Under the pieces are notes generated by a model that saw nothing but the letters and a program-made list of their open reading frames with translations, was not told the DNA's origin and did not search any database. From NCBI GenBank assembly GCA_045536775.1, contig JAZSOD010000010.1, forward strand, positions 1 through 57,902: a stretch of DNA of 57,902 nucleotides. Direction: 5' to 3'. This document shows positions 31,143 to 40,340 of this stretch, in pieces. The position numbers and the translations under genes are program-made. Every line of letters begins with the position of its first letter. The first letter of the stretch is position 1. Source of the DNA: Eubacteriales bacterium. Lineage in GTDB: Bacteria; Bacillota; Clostridia; Oscillospirales; CAG-272.

Positions 31143-31212
31143 GTAGGGGAGGCTACCAGCCTCCCGCCAAATTTATACCAACCATAAACGGGAGGCTGAT
31201 AGCCTCCCCTAC
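31143..31212. repeat. inverted REP doublet (REPIN-like)
   Basis: GTAGGGGAGGCTACCAGCCTCCC (31143-31165) and reverse-complement copy GTAGGGGAGGCTATCAGCCTCCC (31190-31212); GTAG foot plus palindrome. Confidence 0.85.
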
Positions 31213-31266
31213 ATAGACAATACGGACACTTTGTGGGTGGTCTCCACTACAGAAACAAAAGGCATA

Positions 31267-31299
31267 AAATCACCCGACAGATTTTCTGTCGGGTGATTT
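31267..31299. terminator. bidirectional terminator between convergent genes
   Basis: AAATCACCCGACAGA-TTT-TCTGTCGGGTGATTT perfect 15-bp stem. Confidence 0.85.
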
Positions 31300-31321
31300 G
31301 TTCTATTCAACAAATTGGAAT

Positions 31322-31648
31322 TTACCAGCGTTTCATATTCTTATCAAATTTTTCCGAATAAGCTTGCTTCAATTCATCGGCAGTAATGCCATAGCAGAGC
31401 ATGACATCATTATAGTACATAAGGACGTCTGCCATTTCTTCAACCAAGTCTTTTCTCAATTTCTCATCGGTCGAAGCCTTTGTTCCACCGTGCTTCTTGA
31501 CAATATCGATTACCTCTCCGATTTCTCCAATCATCCAAAGCAGTTTGTTGCGTCCATTCTCATCGCAGATAGGTGCCCATTTATGTTTGTACTTGTCCTG
31601 TAAGGCTATTTGCATTTCCTGCATCTCATTTATGCTAAAATCAGCCAT
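31322..31648 (-). CDS. MazG-like nucleotide pyrophosphohydrolase (single domain)
   Basis: WMIGEIGEVIDIVKK, LVEEMADVLMY, KFDKNMKRW. Confidence 0.85.
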   Translation of the reverse strand: MADFSINEMQEMQIALQDKYKHKWAPICDENGRNKLLWMIGEIGEVIDIVKKHGGTKASTDEKLRKDLVEEMADVLMYYNDVMLCYGITADELKQAYSEKFDKNMKRW

Positions 31649-31697
31649 CGTGTAGTCCTCCGTCAAATTCTTATTTATCGTTCCATTTTGTCATATG

Positions 31698-32204
31698 TTA
31701 TCTTGTACATAATTGATCAAATTGCCATCGTAGCGGGTTTTCATAGATGTAATTTCGTATTTCACAATAATCGTCACGATTTCTCACAACATGATCATAA
31801 AAGGAACGTTGGAAAATCTTTTCTCCCGTGGTGCTACGTGACTTGTTTATATCTTTTGTTGCTTGATATTTAAGCCATCCAATCACCTCGTTCACCGTAG
31901 GGGAGGGGTCTCCCCTCCCGTCAGTTTTGATGAATGACAACAAAAGATGTATATGATTCGGCATAATCACATAACAATCGACAGATATTTCGGGGTATTT
32001 ATTTGGCAATTCTTGAATCCAAGAATCTACTACTTTTCCCTCTTGCGATAATTGCGGGAGGGGAGACCCCTCCCCTACAATCGTGGAAAGAATGTTTTTT
32101 CGATTTTCCGTACATATAGTTATGAAATATGCTCCGTTTGTAGCATAATCAAAATGCTTCAACCGAGTAGATTTTCTCTTTGGCAATTCTTTGCCTTGGT
32201 TCAT
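31698..32204 (-). mobile_element. REP-associated tyrosine transposase (RAYT, IS200-like Y1 HUH)
   Basis: RKSTRL..FDY..NGAYFITICT, YVIMPNHIH (HUH), FQRSFYDHVVR, YIYENP; associated with GTAG REPs. Confidence 0.9.
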
Positions 32205-32264
32205 TTTATCACCACTTTGATAACATTTCTTGTGCGGTAACGGGAGGGGAGACCCCTCCCCTAC
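31897..32264. repeat. three identical 23-bp REPs GTAGGGGAGGGGTCTCCCCTCCC
   Basis: 31897-31919 (+), 32056-32078 (-), 32242-32264 (-); first two lie inside the RAYT CDS. Confidence 0.9.
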
Positions 32265-32311
32265 AGCAAAAATCAAATATAACCACCGAATAATGTCTAC
32301 TGCCTTTTCAC

Positions 32312-35300
32312 TCAAAAGAAGCTTATCTGGTCGAATTCTTCCTCGGGCTTGGGCGCTTCAGCCTTTGCCTCTGCTTTCTTTTCTTCCTTCTTCTCCTTGG
32401 GTAGAGGTGCAAAGTCGAAAAGTGTCATCTGATTGGTTTCATTGAGCCCGTCAAGTGCGCCGTTCTTACGGAGAAGCTCAACGAGAGTCTTTGAGAGTGA
32501 GCAACGCGTGCTCATATCCTCAACAGACATAAACTCGCTTTCCTCTCTCGCCGCAACTATGTTCTGCGCCGCGGTATCGCCAAGACCGGGAAGTGACGAG
32601 AACGGCATTCTTATCTTACCGTCCTCGGGAAGAAACGCACTTGCCGCGCTCCTTCTGCAGTCTACGTTCAAGAACTTTATTCCTCTTGCCATACACTCGC
32701 AGACGAGCTGGAATATATCGTAGGTGTCCTTTTCCTTCTGCGACGCCTCCTTACCCTTCTTTTCTATCTCCTTCATATACGCCTTGACAGCACCTATTCC
32801 CTTGCCCACGATCTCGGCATCAAAGCCGCCCGGAGCAACAGACAAGAACGCCGCGTAGAATTCAAGCGGATAGTATATCTTATACCATCCGAGACGTATT
32901 GCCGAGATAACGTACGCCGCCGCGTGCGCCTTCGGGAACATATACTTGATCTTCAGACAGCTGTCAATATACCAATCGGGCACGTTGTGGTCCTTCATCA
33001 TCTGTATACGCTCGGGAGTGAAGGTCTTGGGCGCTTTACCCTTACGGGTGTCCTCCATTATCTGAAATGCGTCCTTCGGAGGCACGCCCTTATAGAGCAG
33101 ATAGGTCATAATACTGTCTCTTGTTCCGATAACGTTTGAAATAGTACAGGTTCCCGCGTCGATAAGGTCCTTGGCGTTACCCAGCCAAACGTCCGTACCG
33201 TGCGAGAGTCCCGATATCTGCAAGAGGTCGGAGAAGCCCTGAGGCTTTGTGTCAACAAGCATCTGACGCACGAATTTCGTTCCGAATTCGGGCAGACCGT
33301 AAGTTCCGACGGGGCTGCCTATGTCCTCCTCGGTTACTCCGAGAGGCTTGGTGGACAAAAACAGCTCGTAAACCTTTTTATCGTTCATAGGAACGTCTAG
33401 AACGCTGGTGTTGGTATACTTCTCAAGCCACTTATATTTGGTCGGCACATCGTGTCCGAGTATGTCGAGCTTGAGAATTGTATCGTGAAGAAATTTGTAA
33501 GTAAAGTGGGTGGTTATAGTACCTGCGCTTTCCTTTTCGGCAGGATACTGAACAGGTGTGAAATCGTAAACATCGTACTCTCTCGGCACGACTATGATTC
33601 CGCCCGGATGCTGACCCGTGGTCTTCTTTACGTCGGTACAGCCGTCTACAAGTCTTTGAACCTCTGCCTTGGGGAGAAGTATCTTTCGCTCCTCAAGGTA
33701 CTTCTTTACGTAACCGAACGCGGTCTTCGACGCGAGAGTACCTATAGTACCTGCGCGGAACACGTTTTCCTTGCCGAAGAGCACCTCGGTATATTTGTGC
33801 GCGTCTTCCTGCACGTCGCCCGAGAAATTAAGGTCTATATCGGGTGATTTATCGCCGTAGAATCCAAGGAAGGTCTCAAACGGGATATCGTGACCGTCGC
33901 GGTACATATCCTCTCCGCAATGAGGACAATTCTTCGGCGGCAGGTCAAAGCCCGAGCCGACAGAACCGTCTGTTATAAACTCGGAATAACGGCACTTCGG
34001 GCATCTGTAGTGCGGCTGAAGCGGGTTTACCTCTGTAATACCCGACATCGTCGCCGCAAAGGACGAGCCGACAGAGCCTCTCGAGCCTACGAGATAGCCC
34101 TTGCTTTCACTGTTCCACACAAGCTTCTGGGCTATCATATACATAATAGCAAAGCCGTTTCCGATTATGGATTTAAGCTCTCTGTCAAGTCTTTCGGACA
34201 CGATATCGGGAACCTTTCCCTCAAACTCGTACATCTCACGTGCCTTCTTGTGACACATTTCATCGAGCTCCTCGTTAACTCCGGGAAGGCTTGGCGGATA
34301 GTTGCCCTCAGGGATCGGGCGTATCTTCTCTATCATATCCGCAATGAGATTGGTGTTGGTTACTACCACCTCGTACGCTTCATCCTTGCCGAGATACTCA
34401 AATTCCGCGAGCATTTCCTCGGTCGTTCTGAGATAAAGTCCCGTTTCTCTGTCCGCATCCTTATATTTGTTTGAAACGAGTATCTGACGCTCTATCTCAT
34501 CCTCTTTGTTTAAGAAATGTGCATCACAGGTAGCACAGACAGGCTTTCCGAGCTTTTTACCAAGTCGGTAAATGCGACGGTTGATGTCACGTATCGCTTC
34601 CATATCGGGCAGGATGCCGTCGTCGACCATAAATGCGTTATTTGAAAGCGGCTGTATCTCAAGGTAATCGTAATAGCGTGCTATACGCTCGATCTCGCTT
34701 TCGGTGGCGTTATTGAGTATCGCCTGATAAAGCTCGCCTGCCTCGCAGGCAGAGCCGAGTATAAGTCCCTCACGGTGAGTATCTATCACCGATTTGGGGG
34801 TTCTCGGGTATCTCTTATAGTAGGTGAGGTAGCTCTGGGATACGATTTTATAAAGGTTCTTAAGTCCCGTCAGGTTCTTGACGAGAATTATCTGATGGTA
34901 GGGTCTTGCTTTAAGCGGGTCTGCGCTCTCGCTCATTTCGCGCAAAAGCTCCTCGAGGTTCCTCATTCCGTCCTTCGAGAGCGTATCGAACATACATTTT
35001 AAGATACGCGCAAGTATTTCGGCGTCATCGGACGCTCTGTGGTGGTTGAAATTGCCGAGCTCATAATATTCCGCGAGGGTATCGAGTTTGTGGTTCTTAA
35101 GTCCTTTATTAAGGAAACGCGAAAGTGCTACGGTATCAAGATATGAGTTCGGGAATGGGATCTTTGCGTTTTCCGCCGCACGCCTTATAAAGCTTGCGTC
35201 AAAATTCGCGTTGTGGGCAACGAGTATCCTGTCGCCCGCAAAGTCGAGAAACGCCTTGACCGCCTCGTCCTGCGAGGGTGCGCCTGCAACCATTTCGTCG

Positions 35301-36811
35301 GTAATTCCCGTAAGCTCGGTTATATTCTCGGGGATGTGACATTCGGGGTCGGCAAAGGTGTTGAAGGTTTCAAGAACCCCCCCGTTTTTCATTCTTACCG
35401 CGCCGATCTCAGTTATCTTGCAGTTCTGGACGGACAGTCCCGTGGTTTCTATGTCGAATACCACGTACTCGTCCTCGAACGTGTTTTTTAAGTCGGTTTC
35501 AAGGTTTTCTCCGAAAAGCACACGCGCCGTATCGTCAACGAAATAATTTTCTATTCCGTAAATGACCTTGAAGTCCTCAAGCTTCTCGGCTTCAAGCATT
35601 ATATTGGGATACGCCTGCACGTTTGCGTGGTCGGTCACGGCGATCGCCTTGTGTCCCCACTTGTACGCGGTTTTAATAAGAGTCTCGGGCGGAATGAGCG
35701 CATCAAGCGTCGACATTTTGGTATGCGCGTGAAGCTCTACTCTCTTATTATCACTTTTGTCCTTGCGCTCGACAAGCTTAATTTTCATAAGTGAGCGCGG
35801 GATAAATATTACCTCACCGTCAAAATTGTCAACCTTGGTATAGCCGTCAACGACCACAGCCGTACCTTTTTTTATGTCTGCGTATTCCATTGCCTCCTTT
35901 GCGGGAAGCGGAGTTTTTATAAATATGGAGGAGTCGCGGTCGGTAATACCCATAGTCACCACGACCTTTTCCTTGCCGCGCATCTCCTTTTCTTCGTAGT
36001 AAAAGACCTCTCCCACCACGTTAAGCTTGCTTTTTGCCTCAGTAAGCTCACGCATCGGAGTTATCTCTCCTATCTCAAAGGTCGGGCCGATAAGCTCGGC
36101 AGGCTCTGAAAAATCAAATACGGTCGCGCCAATCCTCACGCTTGCAGCACTCTGCTCAAAAACGAAGTCACCGTTTGCAAGATTCATTCTTCTCTCAAAG
36201 CCCGTATAGTCCTGTATCGGATTCGTGTTTTCGGGGAGCTTTGTTCTGAAGGCGGACGGGTCTATCTTATGCTTTGAAAGTATATCCTCCTCAAGCGCTC
36301 TCATATATTCGGTATCGTGCAGATACTTTTCGTGTTCGGTTTCAATACCGACTCTTATCTTTACTCCAAAGTTTTCAAGCGCAACCTTTTCCATAACGCG
36401 CGCCGTATTGGCAATATCGAGCAGGTCAATGCCACCGTCGCCAAAGCCTATCTTCAAGGACAGCGCCGAATTCTCATAGGTGAAGGCATAGTCGAAGAAA
36501 AAGCCGTGAGCAAGCGCGCCCTCCCTCTCGGAGAGCGTTATAAGCATATCTATGCTCTCCCGACTTCCGAACAGATCAGAGGGGAAATGCGGCTCAAAGC
36601 GCGCAGAGTTAAGCTCGTACGCAGCCTTTATTCCCTGCTCCGTAGTCTCAAGAGCCTCGGGTGAAAATACAGAATCCGTCCATATTTCCATAAGCAGAAG
36701 CTTTCGCTCCTTGTCGGTCTTGACAAGGTGCTTCTGCACCGAATCAAGCACCTTTTTCTGTGTTTCGTCGGGACTAAACCGAGATAATATTTCAGCAATC
36801 GTCTTTGCCAT
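32312..36811 (-). CDS. polC: DNA polymerase III PolC-type alpha subunit
   Basis: RVELHAHTKMS PHP, VFDIETTG exonuclease, GSRGSVGSS, PDIDLNF, YMFPKAHAAAY. Confidence 0.97.
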   Translation of the reverse strand: MAKTIAEILSRFSPDETQKKVLDSVQKHLVKTDKERKLLLMEIWTDSVFSPEALETTEQGIKAAYELNSARFEPHFPSDLFGSRESIDMLITLSEREGALAHGFFFDYAFTYENSALSLKIGFGDGGIDLLDIANTARVMEKVALENFGVKIRVGIETEHEKYLHDTEYMRALEEDILSKHKIDPSAFRTKLPENTNPIQDYTGFERRMNLANGDFVFEQSAASVRIGATVFDFSEPAELIGPTFEIGEITPMRELTEAKSKLNVVGEVFYYEEKEMRGKEKVVVTMGITDRDSSIFIKTPLPAKEAMEYADIKKGTAVVVDGYTKVDNFDGEVIFIPRSLMKIKLVERKDKSDNKRVELHAHTKMSTLDALIPPETLIKTAYKWGHKAIAVTDHANVQAYPNIMLEAEKLEDFKVIYGIENYFVDDTARVLFGENLETDLKNTFEDEYVVFDIETTGLSVQNCKITEIGAVRMKNGGVLETFNTFADPECHIPENITELTGITDEMVAGAPSQDEAVKAFLDFAGDRILVAHNANFDASFIRRAAENAKIPFPNSYLDTVALSRFLNKGLKNHKLDTLAEYYELGNFNHHRASDDAEILARILKCMFDTLSKDGMRNLEELLREMSESADPLKARPYHQIILVKNLTGLKNLYKIVSQSYLTYYKRYPRTPKSVIDTHREGLILGSACEAGELYQAILNNATESEIERIARYYDYLEIQPLSNNAFMVDDGILPDMEAIRDINRRIYRLGKKLGKPVCATCDAHFLNKEDEIERQILVSNKYKDADRETGLYLRTTEEMLAEFEYLGKDEAYEVVVTNTNLIADMIEKIRPIPEGNYPPSLPGVNEELDEMCHKKAREMYEFEGKVPDIVSERLDRELKSIIGNGFAIMYMIAQKLVWNSESKGYLVGSRGSVGSSFAATMSGITEVNPLQPHYRCPKCRYSEFITDGSVGSGFDLPPKNCPHCGEDMYRDGHDIPFETFLGFYGDKSPDIDLNFSGDVQEDAHKYTEVLFGKENVFRAGTIGTLASKTAFGYVKKYLEERKILLPKAEVQRLVDGCTDVKKTTGQHPGGIIVVPREYDVYDFTPVQYPAEKESAGTITTHFTYKFLHDTILKLDILGHDVPTKYKWLEKYTNTSVLDVPMNDKKVYELFLSTKPLGVTEEDIGSPVGTYGLPEFGTKFVRQMLVDTKPQGFSDLLQISGLSHGTDVWLGNAKDLIDAGTCTISNVIGTRDSIMTYLLYKGVPPKDAFQIMEDTRKGKAPKTFTPERIQMMKDHNVPDWYIDSCLKIKYMFPKAHAAAYVISAIRLGWYKIYYPLEFYAAFLSVAPGGFDAEIVGKGIGAVKAYMKEIEKKGKEASQKEKDTYDIFQLVCECMARGIKFLNVDCRRSAASAFLPEDGKIRMPFSSLPGLGDTAAQNIVAAREESEFMSVEDMSTRCSLSKTLVELLRKNGALDGLNETNQMTLFDFAPLPKEKKEEKKAEAKAEAPKPEEEFDQISFF

Positions 36812-36894
36812 TTCAAAATCGTCCTTAATCTGTTATTTTATCAAGCATAAATCATATTACACTAATTATATCATATCTGTCCCAAATTGCAAGG

Positions 36895-37719
36895 TCAAAA
36901 TTGAGCATTTTTGTTTTGTGTCCTATATTCGGTCGGTGTTACGCCGTATTTTCTTTTGAACAGTCGACTGAAATACAGCTGATCCTCAAATCCGCAGTTG
37001 AGTGCTATCTCTCCGACACTCTGAACCGTTGACAAAAGCATTTCGCGCGACACCTTCAGACGCACGTCGTTCTGATACTTTACGGGTGTTGTGCCGGTGT
37101 ACTCCGAAAAGACGTGAGAAAACCTGCTTTTTGAGTATCCCGACTGACGTGCGAGCTCGTCAAGCGATATTTTTTTATTATAGTTGACGTTTATGTAAGT
37201 CAGCACGGGCAAAAGGGTTTGGTTTCGGTGCTTTTGTACGGGCTCGCGCACAAGCACGGACACGCGGTGCAAAAGCTCTATGAGCGAGGCGTTAGCTATG
37301 CTTTTCTCTCCCGACAGAAAATGTCTCTGTATCATACGCGAGTATATGTCGCACAACTCTGTATCGGGCTCTGAAAAATAAACTCCGCCGTTCAGTCCGC
37401 AGTCGGTCATTATTTCGGATGCCGCCGTCCCCGTGAAGTGACACCACATTGAGCTGCTGTGCGGTTTGTTCTCATATCTGTGCTCCTCGTGAGGCTCGTA
37501 TATGACCAGATCTCCTGCGCTGAGCGTGTAGGTCTTGCCCTGATGAAGCACGCTGTATTCTCCGCCCGTAACGAGCAGAATATGATAGTCGACTCTGCCT
37601 TTTTTTCTCGTGACGAGCTGACCCTGCGATACGTTCTGAAACCCGCAGCTGTTAACCTTAAGATATTTATCGGTTGAGAAATTACTTATATCGTTTTTGT
37701 TTCCGTCCCATATAATCAT
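36895..37719 (-). CDS. AraC family transcriptional regulator
   Basis: Cupin N-terminus; C-terminal HTH EIALNCGFEDQLYFSRLFKRKYGVTPTEYR; divergent from GH4 gene. Confidence 0.92.
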   Translation of the reverse strand: MIIWDGNKNDISNFSTDKYLKVNSCGFQNVSQGQLVTRKKGRVDYHILLVTGGEYSVLHQGKTYTLSAGDLVIYEPHEEHRYENKPHSSSMWCHFTGTAASEIMTDCGLNGGVYFSEPDTELCDIYSRMIQRHFLSGEKSIANASLIELLHRVSVLVREPVQKHRNQTLLPVLTYINVNYNKKISLDELARQSGYSKSRFSHVFSEYTGTTPVKYQNDVRLKVSREMLLSTVQSVGEIALNCGFEDQLYFSRLFKRKYGVTPTEYRTQNKNAQF

Positions 37720-37853
37720 AGCCGCACCTCCGTTTATAAAACCATGATACCATAATTCAGCATTTTTGTCCATACGGTTTGCAAGATTTTACATTTACAT
37801 TAAAGACTGCTGCATATACAATGAAAGCAACAACCGTGAAGGGAGAAAATTAA

Positions 37854-39167
37854 ATGAAAAAATTTGCTTTTATCGGCGCGGGAAGCCTGCAGTTTACAAC
37901 AAGCTGCGTTCGCGATCTTCTTACCTTTGATGCCTTTAAGGACTGCGAAATTGCGCTTATGGACATCAATCCGTCAAATCTCGCAAACATCGAAAAAATA
38001 GTCAGAGATATCGTAGAAAAGATGAACTGTCCGAGGTGCAAGGTTGTTGCCACTCCCGACCGTGTTGAAGCCCTGAAGGGTGCTGACGGTGTTCTCTGCA
38101 CGGTTTTCAACGGCGACATCGACATCTGGCAATACGACATTATTATCCCGAAGAAATACGGTATTGATATCAACGTCGGTGACACGAGAAGCATATCGGG
38201 TATTTTCAGAGCGCTCAGAAACATTCCTCTTATGCTCGATATTTGCAAGGATATTGAAAAATACTGTCCGAACGCGGTCTTCTTGAACTACACAAATCCT
38301 ATGTCTATGCTCTGCGGCGCAATGCAGAGATATTCAAACGTTGAGGTGACGGGACTTTGCCACAGCGTTCAGAGTACGGCGCAAATGCTCGCCGAGTGGC
38401 TGGGTGTTCCGTTTGATGAGCTTACCTATAAGAGTATGGGTGTAAACCACCAGTCCTTCTACACGGTGCTTGAGCACAACGGAGAGGACCTTTACCCGAG
38501 ACTCAAGGAGCTTGTCAAGGACCCCGAGGTATATAACCGCGAGCAGGTTCGTAACGAAATGCTCTTAAAGCTCGGATACTACGTTACCGAGTCAAGCGGA
38601 CATAATTCCGAATACAATCAGTGGTTCAGAAAGAGACCCGACCTTATCGAAAAATACTGCACTCACGGAACGAACTGGAATCCCGGTGAGCACGCGTATT
38701 CGCTCAATCTTCGCAAAGACAGACGTGAGAATATACAGAAGCACTACGACCAATGGTACGAGAAGGAATTCGACCCCAAAAAGAGTCCCGAGTATGCGGC
38801 AGACATATTCAACGCGCGCCTCGGCGACGGCAAGCCGTTTATATTCAACGGAAACGTAATAAACAACGGTTCTATCCCAAATCTTCCCGCCAACGCTTGC
38901 GTTGAGGCACCCGTTGTTGCCGACAGAATGGGCTTCAAGACCACGATAGCAGGTCCTCTGCCCGAGCACATTGCGATACTCGTAAACACCACTGCGAGAA
39001 TGGAAACGCTCGTTGTTGAGGCGGCTATGAAAAAGAGCCGTGAGATGGTTTATCACGCGGTTTATATGGATCCCCTCTCATCCGCGGTATGCTCTATGGA
39101 TGAGATCAAGAATATGTGCGACGAGCTGTTCGAGATCAACAAGGATTTCCTTGGAGATTACAGATAA
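37854..39167 (+). CDS. melA: glycoside hydrolase family 4, alpha-galactosidase-like
   Basis: FIGAGS NAD motif, LNYTNP, GLCHSV, GVNH, TESSGHNSEY. Confidence 0.88.
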   Translation: MKKFAFIGAGSLQFTTSCVRDLLTFDAFKDCEIALMDINPSNLANIEKIVRDIVEKMNCPRCKVVATPDRVEALKGADGVLCTVFNGDIDIWQYDIIIPKKYGIDINVGDTRSISGIFRALRNIPLMLDICKDIEKYCPNAVFLNYTNPMSMLCGAMQRYSNVEVTGLCHSVQSTAQMLAEWLGVPFDELTYKSMGVNHQSFYTVLEHNGEDLYPRLKELVKDPEVYNREQVRNEMLLKLGYYVTESSGHNSEYNQWFRKRPDLIEKYCTHGTNWNPGEHAYSLNLRKDRRENIQKHYDQWYEKEFDPKKSPEYAADIFNARLGDGKPFIFNGNVINNGSIPNLPANACVEAPVVADRMGFKTTIAGPLPEHIAILVNTTARMETLVVEAAMKKSREMVYHAVYMDPLSSAVCSMDEIKNMCDELFEINKDFLGDYR

Positions 39168-39184
39168 GCGAAATTAAATAAATC

Positions 39185-39411
39185 AAAATCGGAATCAAAA
39201 AATACTCAGCTTCAGTTATTGTAGGATATACAAATAGCGGAGAAATGCTTTTGTATGATTTGATTGATATGGAGCCTGTTAACTTCGCAATAAAAAAGAA
39301 AGTGTCCCCAACCGGCCGTCGAATTCTGCGAAGAATTCAGCCGCCGACAGAGAGGAACCACTTTCTAACAACAGAATACCACAAAATCAGTCTGCTGTCA
39401 ATAGTAATAAT
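39185..39411 (+). pseudogene. truncated, frameshifted C-terminal remnant of a polyvalent-protein module
   Basis: KIGIKKYSASVIVGYTNSGEMLLYDLIDMEPVNFAIKK ends in the same GCAATAAAAA (AIK) end-of-module motif as two other modules; shifts frame near the A-run at ~39292 into the shared linker NRIPQN..VNSNNMQS. Confidence 0.55.
39289..39401 (-). ncRNA. putative antisense promoter plus hairpin sRNA unit 0
   Basis: TTGACA(39401-39396)-17 nt-TATTCT(39378-39373) with extended TG; terminal stem AGAAAGTG 39297-39304 / CACTTTCT 39359-39366; U-tract follows. Confidence 0.6.
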
Positions 39412-39496
39412 ATGCAATCTGAGCAAAGTTATTACGATAACGACGTTGCAGCTGAAGCTTCTGCAAGAGATGCGGCGTTTTTCATTGAGGATATTG
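39368..39496 (+). repeat. direct repeat B (129 bp), second copy 44871-44999
   Basis: Near-identical sequence encoding NRIPQN..VNSNNMQS..YYD.DVAAEASARDAAFFIEDI. Confidence 0.9.
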
Positions 39497-40130
39497 TCGA
39501 GGATGAGGACGGAAACATACACGAAAACACTCTTGTTGCACCTAAAAAGTCGGCTTCGCTTAAAAACAATTTATCTATGTCAGACGTAGACAATTTAAGG
39601 GAAATCTACAAAGAGAAAGGCGAAATATCTGTTAATGATTTCGCGTCGAAAGACATTAAAGCTTCGGAAAATTGGGCAAAAAATTTTTATTCCGAAATTG
39701 GGAATAAATCTCCGTTCTTTAGAGCTTGGTTTGGTGATTGGAGAGCTAACGAAAAAACAAAAGTTTCTATCGTCTTTGCTAACAAAAAAACAGGCAAAAA
39801 TCCAAGAGGCACTTTCATAAATAAAGATACTGGATGAAATATAAATTCATCAAGCGTTGGATACGATGAAACTGTTTCGCATAGTGGCAAGGACAAGCTT
39901 TCTCTTATTGCGATGAGAAGCATTGATGAAATTATTAAAAATTCTATTTTGTTTGATACAGAAGTTTCGTCGTGTGACAGAGGAAAAAAATCAATTTATA
40001 CTGCTTTCATGCATAAATTTTATTCTTGTGTTGCAATTGATGGCAAACATTACATTGCAAAAATGGCAGTAGACGAAAGTTATGCACCCGGGCAAAATGA
40101 TACGAATAAAAAGTTTTACCACGTAAGAGC

Positions 40131-40238
40131 AATAAAAATAGAACCCATATCGTCCGTGGGAATAGGTGTAAACCACATACCCATTATGGACGAAACAGGT
40201 TCTGTTATTATAGTATCAGATTTGTTCAATCTTGTCAA
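40131..40238 (-). ncRNA. putative antisense promoter plus hairpin sRNA unit 1
   Basis: TTGACA(40238-40233)-17 nt-TACTAT(40215-40210) with extended TG; stems AGAACC 40140-40145 / GGTTCT 40198-40203 and TCGTCC/GGACGA; U-tract follows. Confidence 0.6.
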
Positions 40239-40270
40239 GACTTACGACAAGGAATTTAATCCCAAGCCTG
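40219..40270 (+). repeat. direct repeat C (52 bp identical), second copy 42938-42989
   Basis: GATTTGTTCAATCTTGTCAAGACTTACGACAAGGAATTTAATCCCAAGCCTG in both. Confidence 0.92.
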
Positions 40271-40340
40271 TGTCTTCCGCCGCATTTTTGCTATTCTTCA
40301 ATAAAAACTTTTGACTTACTTCTAAATACCCCGTAAAATT

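Larger units (their letters stand above)
39412..40314 (+). pseudogene. polyvalent-protein module (LPD3/BECR-nuclease-like) with in-frame TGA at 39835-39837
   Basis: ORFs 39412-39837 and 39913-40314 are in the same frame; DTG*NIN aligns to DTGWTIH in the paralogous module of the 1122-aa ORF; shared SPFFRAWFGDWRAN, MHKxY, YHxRAIKIE, SDLFNLVKTYDKEFNPKP. Confidence 0.75.

Noticed and set aside
32205-32315. N-terminal extension of RAYT given by the ORF track
   Set aside because: Family-typical start is at 32204; the extension merely reads through the upstream REP and overlaps the polC stop.
39835-39837. TGA-as-Trp genetic code reassignment
   Set aside because: Conserved genes here (spoIIAA, sigF, tsf) end at TGA and use TGG for Trp; a single nonsense change is simpler.
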